Below are positions 52,760 through 61,806 of a stretch of DNA of 64,000 nucleotides, one piece after another (the first letter of the stretch is position 1; every line of letters begins with the position of its first letter). The position numbers and the translations under genes are program-made. Source of the DNA: Auanema rhodensis (lineage: Eukaryota > Animalia > Nematoda); assembly GCA_964057225.1 (NCBI GenBank), contig OZ059896.1, positions 8,432,001 to 8,496,000 on the forward strand, given 5' to 3'. Below the pieces are notes generated by a model. It ran no database searches and had not been told where the DNA came from. It saw only the letters and a program-made list of their open reading frames with translations.

Positions 52760-55700
52760 ATGTCGTCTTCTGCCGTAGGACCGGCATCATCTAATCGATT
52801 ATGGGTTGGGCCACTTCTTCTAATTCTTGTAATTGCACTGATTTATATATTTTCCTTAATGCCAAATGGCCCTACACCTCCTAGAGTTTGTTTTTTCTAA
52901 AAGTAATCGTCGATAACATTGGTATTTTTAGTTTCAAAGTCGATTTCCACATGAGGATGTTGATGAGTTCGAGTTTCATCATCGTCGATTAGAGGAATTA
53001 ACAAGAACGGAAGAAGAAGATGTTAGTAGTAACAAAGGTGCTTTTCTTCAATCTAAATCCAATTTTCTTATTTAATGCGTTTAGAACAGCTTTTACTTTC
53101 CGGCGGAATGTGCCTGAATGGCGGAGTTTATAATGAAACTTCAGATTCTTGTTTATGCGCACATAACTTTTCTGGAAATCGTTGTGAAGTTCTCAACACT
53201 AAACAGGTACACTAATAGTTCATTTTATTTCAAATAATCTAACTCTTCAAAATCAGATGTGCCTGAACAATGGATATTTTTCTCAAAAAATAGGCCGATG
53301 TCACTGTCCAATGCCTTGGACTGGACAGTTATGTCAACATCGTTGTACTGGATCTATTGGCAGAGTTAATCGAACAACATGTAAGTTCTTAATTTGCTCA
53401 ATGAACTTGATAAAAGGAAGATAGAATAGAAAACTTAAAAAAAACTTTTCTTCTAACAAGGGTTTCAATTGTTTTTTGAATTTTCAATTTTGAAAATGTT
53501 GCCAAATTAATAAATCTAATAATGTTGCTTCTAGGGACATGTCAATGCTCCAATCCACAAATGTTTGGACAGAACTGCGAACTAGTTTGTATAAATGGTG
53601 AAGTTGTTGATGATGATTGTCAATGTTTACCAGGTTTCATTGAAATGTTTAATTAGTTAAATATTAAAAATATATCTTAGGATATTATGGAAAATCCTGT
53701 GCAGCTTGTGATCCTAGCTACACGACTTCAGGAGAATGTGATGTAAACAATAAGCGAAGGTATTGTTTTACTAATTGTTTTCTTTTCTTTTTTTTTGTAC
53801 TTTAAGTTACTACATGTGGGTTTTAGCTGATAAGAACATAAAACAATCACATGTTCTAAACAAATTTTATTTATTTTACTTCAAAGTCAATGTAGCAAAA
53901 GCTGAAAATAATATAAAAATACTAGCTAAATTAGAAAAATAAATAAAAAATGTTTTGATGTTATGATCTGAGAATTCCATTTAGCCTTCCTTTCATGTTA
54001 TACTCAAAGACAAATATTTTTTTTTCAGAGGAGCTGTGAATTCTAGGCTTACACTAAGCGGTCTTTCTTTTTGTATGATAACAATTGGGTTACTGTGTGT
54101 AACAGCTCGGTAAGATAATATATTTTATAATTTTATGAAGGTATATTTGAAAATTTTGAAGTCGAAGGCGACAATCGATGGTTCCTCCTATGGATGATAC
54201 ATGGTATAGAGTATTTCAAACACATCCTAGACAGTATGTTTTCACATTGTCCACGTAGTTAGAATATAATAATTACAATATAATTGTTTTAAATAATAAT
54301 ATTTATCGAAATTTGAAAAAATTCAAATGTTATAGTCGATGTCGTCATGAGTTCACTTGTGGAAGCGCTTGGCTACCAAGAGATCGGGCTTTGTTCGTCT
54401 CTACTGGACGAGCATCTGTATCACATGGAGGTCGTCGAGGAAATGGGTATGTCATGTGGTTCTTTTGTAAATATTTTTCAATTTTAACATCAGGTATATA
54501 CATATACTAAATGAAAATGCTTGTGGGGGGTTGGGTGAATAGGAATATATAAAACTCGTTTAAACATCAGGTCTTGCCTAGTTCAACACCCGTATGCAAT
54601 ACGGCACAAGAACTGATAGGACTACATTGCGAAGTTTTCTCTTCGGCGATGATGATCCTTATGGTTGGTCCGTGTTACTTACAAGCGATTGATGATGCCA
54701 CAACCATCTGAGCCAATTTTTGAACTATTATAATATTAATTATATTAGAATTAGTAATTCTTTAAGTTTTTCCTTGAAGATAGTTAAAGCATGTGAAAAA
54801 GAACGGAGTTAATATCTGTCGAAAAGTATAGTATCAAACCCCCGTATGAAATACGGTGAAGTTATATTCCAGAATTTGAAGTGTAACTTGTAACGTTAAC
54901 AATGATGATCCTTATGGTTGGTCCGTGTTACTTACAAGCGATTGATGATGCTACAACCATCTGAGTTTTGTATTTTTGGAAAACAATGCATGTTTTGCAT
55001 GGTTGCATATTTTCATAAATGAGATATGTTTATTACCGTCGAATTGACTAAACTAAGATTATTATATAAAAGATATGGGCTCATAGCAGTTTTTCCTTAT
55101 AACCCATACCAAATACGGTTTGAAACATATCAACGTCATCTTAGAATTATTTGTATTCAAGCTATGATGATCCTTTTTGGTTGGTCCGTGTTACTTACAA
55201 GCGATTGATGATGCTACAACCATCTGAGCTATATTTTTGCATTTTTGAAAGTTTAGTATTTTTAAATAATACTTTCTAATATTTTAATTGATGAATACAT
55301 CTGTATGAAGCTGCAAAATCAAATTGTATTTTTTTTAACCAAGTCTTGTACTCAAAACCCGTATGATGTACGAGTATTTACAAAATTCTTCAAGTTGATC
55401 ACTCTTGTTCGTCAAGCAGTGATGATCCTTGGTTGGTCCGTGTTACTTACAAGCGAATGACGCTATTACAACCATCTGAGCAAAAAAACTATTCAATTGT
55501 GAATGATTGGTCAAAATTCTAAGGTTTATGTTTTAGATCTAGAGGTGCTAGGAGAATGACAACTCCCCCGCCCAGCTACACTTCAGTAGATAATATGACA
55601 GATGATGAGTCTCCACCAACTTATGAGGTAATCACTAATGTTCCAAAGAACATTTTTTTAAAACATTTTTCATTTTTCCAGGAGGCGTTGCGAACTTTGG

Positions 55701-55864
55701 ATGAAGAAAGAACAGATATGATGGAAACATCTAGAGAAGAAGAAGTGAAAGATGAAACAGGGGGACCAGTTACTAATGACATCGAAGTAGCTCCTATTGC
55801 GAATGCAAGCTCCGAACCCTCAGTGCCATCCCCTCACGATTCAACAGCAACAAATCCCCAATAG
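52760..55864 (+). CDS. EGF-like repeat transmembrane protein with cytoplasmic PPxY motifs
   Basis: Exons: 52760-52885, 52932-53037, 53085-53206, 53257-53380, 53535-53633, 53681-53759, 54029-54109, 54162-54233, 54336-54446, 55537-55627, 55682-55864 (TAG). Features: N-terminal hydrophobic segment (LWVGPLLLILVIALIYIFSLM); about four short EGF-like units (CLNGG..CLCAHNFSGNRC, CLNNG..CHCPMPWTGQLC, CQCSNPQMFGQNC, CINGE..CQCLPGYYGKSC); TM segment LTLSGLSFCMITIGLLCVTA followed by RRRR; PPPSY and PPTY. Confidence 0.85.
54589..54604 (+). promoter_or_regulatory. Conserved upstream element of snoRNA copy 1 (PSE-like candidate)
   Basis: C-CCGTAT-gca-ATACGG; CCGTAT starts 59 bp before box C. Confidence 0.6.
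54645..54714 (+). ncRNA. Box C/D snoRNA, U18/SNORD18-like, copy 1
   Basis: Box C ATGATGA 54649-55; guide TTGGTCCGTGTT complementary to the conserved LSU rRNA segment AACACGGACCAA; D' CTTA; C' TTGATGA; box D CTGA 54708-11; terminal stem GGC/GCC. Confidence 0.88.
54841..54856 (+). promoter_or_regulatory. Conserved upstream element of snoRNA copy 2
   Basis: C-CCGTAT-gaa-ATACGG; 60 bp before box C. Confidence 0.6.
54898..54967 (+). ncRNA. Box C/D snoRNA, U18/SNORD18-like, copy 2
   Basis: Box C 54902-08, same guide, box D 54961-64, terminal stem AAC/GTT (different sequence from copy 1 but still paired). Confidence 0.88.
55103..55118 (+). promoter_or_regulatory. Conserved upstream element of snoRNA copy 3
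   Basis: C-CCATAC-caa-ATACGG; 60 bp before box C. Confidence 0.55.
55160..55230 (+). ncRNA. Box C/D snoRNA, U18/SNORD18-like, copy 3
   Basis: Box C 55164-70, same guide, box D 55224-27, terminal stem AGC/GCT. Confidence 0.85.
55358..55373 (+). promoter_or_regulatory. Conserved upstream element of snoRNA copy 4
   Basis: C-CCGTAT-gat-GTACGA; 60 bp before box C. Confidence 0.55.
55416..55481 (+). ncRNA. Box C/D snoRNA, U18/SNORD18-like, copy 4 (most divergent)
   Basis: Box C GTGATGA 55419-25, guide TTGGTCCGTGTT intact, degenerate C' (ATGACG), box D 55476-79, short GC/GC stem. Confidence 0.8.
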
Positions 55865-56708
55865 AAGAATATCTATTTAAATTCTGATTTTAACTGAAGT
55901 CAGCTGGAACTTACATTATGGGTATTATTTCCTATTTGTTAAAAAGATTGAATATGTTAATGATGAAAGCATTCTATTAGTGAATTGAAAAGATGAAATA
56001 AGAAGACGATTTTCATCCTTATTTCTTAGTTTCGTCTCCATTTTTCAATCTTTATATATTTCTTTTGTGTGTTTTTGGCATTGCTTCGTCGTCTTTAATT
56101 TGAAACATCCTCTAGCAATTACTTAACTGATCTTAAAATTCAGAGGAAATCAAACATTTTCATCAATCAGGACATAATAAGCTTAATTGCCCAAAATCAT
56201 TATCGTATGCTTGAATAGAAACGTATTGTAGTCATATATGCTGCCTTTTCTTCACTGATACTTAAAGAAAACGAGAAACATTTCTTGATTAACATAGATG
56301 ACGGGGGGATCTATTCCATATTATGTCATTAACTTCAATTAGTTCCGTATTTTTATTTTTTTTGAATATAGTAATTCCTCAAAATCATAGCCTGCTTATC
56401 TCTATATTTCTATTACTCATACATGTTATTAGAGCAAATAATCCATAAATGATGTGGAATACGGTAAACATGTTACGGTAATGACATTCATTATCTTAAG
56501 ACCTACAGTAATTTAGTCGTTCTTTTCTTTCAATTTCCTCGTTGATATGAATGCTAAAATGCCTTAAGGCAACTAAGATATAAAGATTTTAGTTGTAATA
56601 TACATAAGTTGTATTACATTTCTCTACGGGTTTTTATATAACATGTTCATATAATGTTTAATTGTATATAGAAATAAAATGTTAAAACAATAAATATTTA
56701 TTAATGTT

Positions 56709-57990
56709 TCAACATCTTTTATCAACAATATTAACTAAAAATAAGCGAATATGAAATATTCTAACAACTTTTACTATAGCAAATGCAGAATTTGGACTTG
56801 ATATGTTTCGTAAGAAATCAGCTATTTCTATTTTCTGAGATTCAGAAGGTCTGTGAATCTGACACAAAGATTATATCTTGTGATCAGAAAAATAAATTCG
56901 ATTACCTCAATATTTATCTGGCAAACAGATATACCGTGATCGAAAAATCTATTGGATGAGATCAATGGAAGAATTTCGTACTCGGTGCCTTCCATATCTA
57001 TCCAAAGCATGTGAATGACAGATTTTCCAACAAAATCAGTAAGAAAATCAATAAAAGCCTTATGTTTTACCGGTTTAGATATGTATGAAGCTTTAATTAT
57101 GTGTTATTACTGGTAAAATTAGCTAAACCAACTTCTGTTTCCTAATATGTCTGAAAGAATTTCATCCTTCGTAATTGGAGGAGGTGGTTTTGTGGCACCA
57201 AATGGAAGAATAGAAGCATTGTAAGTGCCAGTACTTAGACCAATAGCCATCGGCAAAAATCTCCCATTCAAGGATTCGACCAGTTCTCTATTACCTTCTT
57301 CAATCGGATCAGCAGCTGTGAAGTGAAAGGTGCCGGTCCAAATCTTAACGTAATTTGGAAAATAATTAAAACTAAATGAATAGAATAAGGAAACCTTTCT
57401 CAATTTTTGTTCGGCGTTAAGATCCTGGCCAACTCCAATTGTTACAAGATTCAAAAAATAGTAAATTTTCTGGCAAATACATAATTACAAAGCAAAATCT
57501 TTAATTGCATTTTTTTCAGTACTTACTTTTTAGTTTGATGAAAAACACCCAAAAGAATAAAAAAACTACATTAATTTCTGATAACTTACAGAGTCAGGAA
57601 GAATAAAAAATTTCTTTTCATCATTGTTTTCCACAAAAGATATGCTTTTTAGTTTAAGGAGTGAGGAACAATCGGCTACAATGTTGCCAACATAATACCA
57701 ATTCTGGACGAAATTTTATTTACTATAAAAGCTTAAACTATTTTTCATTACATGCTTACTCTCTCGTATATTCAATGAATGATGCACACAGTTTTGATAT
57801 GAAAGATTTTTATTTCTTAATACTGAAACTATAAAACTAATTTATGATATCAGAACTGAATATAAAACCTTAGGAAAGCTTTCATTAAGTAAAACTGAAT
57901 ATATTGAAGGACTAAAAACTTACTACTTGTTGTAAAAAATATATACAAAAAGATACAGAATATTAAAAAATTGAGGACGCCACGCTTCAT
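56709..57990 (-). CDS. Nematode FkbM-type (Methyltransf_21-like) methyltransferase with N-terminal membrane anchor; possibly disrupted
   Basis: MKRGVLNFLIFCIFLYIFF anchor; ENNDEKKFFILP; LVTIGVGQDLNAEQKL; FTAADPIEEGNRELV; MLWIDMEGTEYEIL; VCQINIEIH; HIRLFLVNIVDKRC*. I could not close the exon 2/3 junction (~57760 to ~57722) in frame. Confidence 0.75.
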
Positions 57991-58335
57991 CCTAACATTG
58001 ACAACAACTGAGCAAATGAAATAACATGGGAAGGAATGATATTGACATGAGATGCTTGAAACCGCAAAAATTAATACACTGATATTCCACATAAGAGAAA
58101 AATATAAAATTTCTACCAGATTTCAATAGAAGAATGATCTGTCTTAACAAGTGATAAACAATCTCAAATAAATAAATATAAAATATCGTTAACAAAATAC
58201 ATTATGAACAAATCTTATATACAATATGAATCAAGTTTAACGATATTGATGCAACTCACATTCAAAATATCCAAAATATAGTACATCACAAAACTACTTA
58301 TTCAGTAATATTTCTAAAATAAGCTTCAATATAAT

Positions 58336-59205
58336 TAATTTGTGTGTAACTTGGACATACCATCTCGCCTGTGAACGAAGATGAAGGCGATCGATTCAAA
58401 ATCATCTTAATTATCCCATTTTTAATTCTTCATTTCCATACATTTAGACTTTCTTTGTAAAGCTTCATTACGATGAGGACATCCGCATTCTACAAAATTG
58501 TACTGTTAAACTAAATGGTGGAATGAAAAAAACTTACTGATTATCATATCTGCAGTCCAATATTGATCTATATCAAACATGCATAAGGTTCCAACATGTA
58601 ATTCACATTCCATTATTACGCGAAATCTATACAGAATATGCTAAGTTATATGTCAAATATATGATATGTCAAACCTTTTACTAGTAGGAGAATCAGTTTT
58701 ATTTTCTTTTGCTGGGATTTCAGCATTCTCCGAAAAGCCTTCCACTGTATTTGTCGAATTTCGAGGAGATTTATGTTGAAAGTTACTTGCTGATGTTAGA
58801 GCAGCAACAATATTTCCATAGCCATTAGATGCCATACTATTCACATCTTCCTCTTTCACTTTCAATTCAATATTGGTTTCATTTGTGCTCTAAAACAAAA
58901 TTGCAAAATTTGGAAGTTATTGCATGAAAACCATGTTTAAGCAATTCAAATTTTCAGAGCTCGGGGTTAATGGCAATTTCTTTCTTTTCCTAAATAAGGA
59001 TATCATGTCCCGAGTTTAAACAAATAAGCATACTTCACAATCAGTCCAGGACTTTCAGTTTCCGTAGCATCTAATCTGAGTTGATCATGACTTTTCTTAA
59101 GAATTCAAGTTTTTCCAAACAAATGAACTAGCATACCTTCGAGCTTATTGGATCTTCTATTTCAATCTTTATATTTGGGAAAGAACTTCTTTTCTGGCGT
59201 GGCAT
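58336..59205 (-). CDS. Small multi-exon protein of unknown function (basic KKRKK patch)
   Basis: ATG 59205 after an atcag acceptor. Phase-consistent short exons with ~45-nt introns read MPRQKRSSFPNIKIEIEDPISSK / KSHDQLRLDATETESPGLIVK / KRKKLPLTPSS.. / STNETNIELKVKEED..PTSK / RFRVIMECELHVGTLCMFDIDQYW.. / CGCPHRNEAL. The 3' end is uncertain (about 58300-58420). Confidence 0.55.
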
Positions 59206-59499
59206 TCTGATTAATTAATATTAATTTATTAACTTTCTATTTCAAAACAGTAGGATTGTATAGTCCATTAAAATATTTCAGAAAAGGTTCAATTTCAAAC
59301 AAATGAAGTTTACATGTGATTGGTATTTCTCATAATGAAAAATATTCTACGCAATTACTGAATTACAAAAAAATAGGTACGTAAATATCTCAATAGGAGC
59401 TAGACATGTCCAGTAAAATATACATATTTATATTAAGTTATTATTCCTTTGTTTATATATATATATAATACGTTTTATTATGAATTATATTTTTAAGAA

Positions 59500-60706
59500 A
59501 TGATTCGACGAGAAAACCGTTTGCGTCGTGAATATATATTCCGAAAATCATTGGAAGAAAAGCAGAGGGCTGTTGATGAAAAGAGAGAAAAAGTTCGCGA
59601 TGCTTTAGACAATAATAAGTTCGAGTTATATTTTACTTATTTATTTATATATTCTTTATTTAGGAAGATAGATAGTGAACTTCGTAAAGAAGCAATTGAG
59701 TTAGCTAAAGGTTCAGAATGGGGAAATCAGGTAAACTTTCGAATGTATTAGTTTTACTTTGAAAGATTTAAGGTTATGGCTGTTGATGATGAATATCGTT
59801 GGGCAGGTACTAAAGATCCTAAAGTTGTTGTAACTACAAGTCGTGATCCTTCTAGCAAATTGAAAGCTTTTGCTAAGGTATATACCCTTGCTTTTTTTGC
59901 ACAGTTAATATGAATAATTTGAAGGAAATGAAATTAGTTTTTCCAAACTCTCAAAGACTAAATCGTGGTCATTATGATGTTAAAAATCTTGTCCAAGCGT
60001 GTAGAGCTAACGATGTATGTTTGAATATGCTATAATAAAACTGTATATTATATTTTAGGTAACTGATTTTGTTCTTCTAACAGAAACTAGAGGACAACCT
60101 GATGGTATGATTGTATGTCACCTTCCATTTGGTCCAACAGCTTGCTTCACTATGCATAATTGTGTTATGAGACATGATGTTCCTGACCGTGAAGCTGTCA
60201 GTGAACAATATCCTCATTTAATCTTTAACAACTTAAACACTCGTCTAGGTCAACGAGTAAGTTTCAACCTTCTTTAACTATTTACTGACATGTTTTTAAG
60301 TTTACAAATATTCTGAAGTACTTGTTCCCGGTACCAAAGCCGGATTCAAAGAGAATTTTGACATTTGCGAATACGGATGACTTTATATCATTCAGACATC
60401 ATACTTATAAGGTAATGTGTTTTTTCTATGTTATTTTTCTATCTGCATTTTCAGAAGGCAGAAGGAGGTGAGTTTGAACTTAAAGAAGTTGGACCTCGTT
60501 TCGAATTACGTCGTGAGTTTATTCTACTTAAGGACATAAGTCTTGATTGTGCATACATTTTAGCTTATTGTATCAAGCTTGGAACTTTGGAGAATTTATC
60601 GGCAGCTGAGGACGAGTGGGTGTTGCGCTCATACACAAACACAGCAAGAAAGAAGCAGTGGTTGAGTGTTGAAAAAGATTCAGATGATGAGAATATGCAA
60701 GAATGA
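59500..60706 (+). CDS. IMP4: U3 snoRNP protein IMP4 (Brix domain)
   Basis: Exons 59500-59618, 59664-59730, 59773-59877, 59925-60014, 60059-60256, 60301-60411, 60455-60512, 60564-60706. Motifs: MIRRENRLRREYIFRKS, DDEYRWAG.KDPKVVVTTSRDPSSKL, RLNRG, HLPFGPTA, SEQYPHLIF, ISFRHH, EVGPRFELRPYCIKLGTL. Confidence 0.96.
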
Positions 60707-61806
60707 ATTAATTTCTGTTTTTTCTTTGGAGAATTGTTATTTTGGTTTGTTATTGTTAATCTTGTTATATTCAATAATTGTTGAAACTTTATTGTTTAAT
60801 TGTTCTACGAAATTTGAAATTTATAACTAAATTCCAACGAACTGTTTTTATGTTAGATGTAAAGGGAAATTCTTGACTCGAAATGTTGGTTAAAACTCTC
60901 TCGATCTCCTGAATTATTTTCTAAATTACACCTTTGATCCATGTGATGTATCTTGTCGCGTGTACTTGGTTATCTGAAGAGGATAGTGTTTTGGACTCGA
61001 TAGCAACTGCTGTGATATAAATCTAATGAATAACATGACTAGATGCTAGAAGTGTGATTGGGGTTGCCGTGGCTTCAGAAGAGCTGGTTGCTTTCATCGG
61101 TTCTAGCTCCGTTATTGAAGTCTGTCAATGCTCTTTACACTTCGAACTGGCCGGCAGTGGAGCTGCTCATTCACCTTCTTGCTTCTCTTGTGTGTTGTCG
61201 GATCAATTGTCATCCAAAGTAGAGATATCGAGAGATAAAGAAAAAGTAGAGTGGTTGAGAGATAGATAGAGAGAAATAGAGAATATCTCCAACTATCTTC
61301 ATTCGCTCTTCCCCGGCATTCTTCGATTCATCTAATTGCTTTGAACATATGAGTGTTTCTTCATTGTTATTTGAGGAATATTTGGCTGTTTTTTGACTTT
61401 TAGCTTTATAGATTTCAGTTATATTAATACGTTGTTACTGTGTTAGATAGAAAGTTTAATCCAATTTCCTCAATCTTATACTTGCTAAGCTATACTGAAA
61501 ATCAACTATTTGAAAACATTATTGCACTACATTGGTTTTAAATTTCTTTTTTTTTCATTCACTAGTTCAATTATTAGTTTTCATAAAAACATCCCGTTCT
61601 CTTTACTTGTGCTTCACTTAGGTCAGATTTAAGAGATTGTTTCTCAGGGTGCAAAGTCACATGAATGATCTTTTGAGAGAAACAGCAAATACAACCGAAG
61701 ATTGACATTACTTTTCTTTTTTTTTCACTTTTCTTTATGTTAAATTATAATAATTAAACTTTGAATTAAGTTAATTTACTACTATAATATTAGTTTTATA
61801 GTTCTC

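Noticed and set aside
54585-55481. Repeat-spacer pattern reminiscent of a CRISPR array
   Set aside because: Eukaryotic intron, repeats of ~65 nt with ~190-nt gaps, no cas genes; the repeats are explained by C/D boxes and an rRNA guide.
60707-61806. Possible missing NF-kB DNA-binding (RHD-N) exons, or an IMP4-ikb-1 operon
   Set aside because: No RxxRxRYxCE-like coding sequence seen; the 1.1-kb gap with GC-richer and GA-repeat sequence looks more like an independent promoter.
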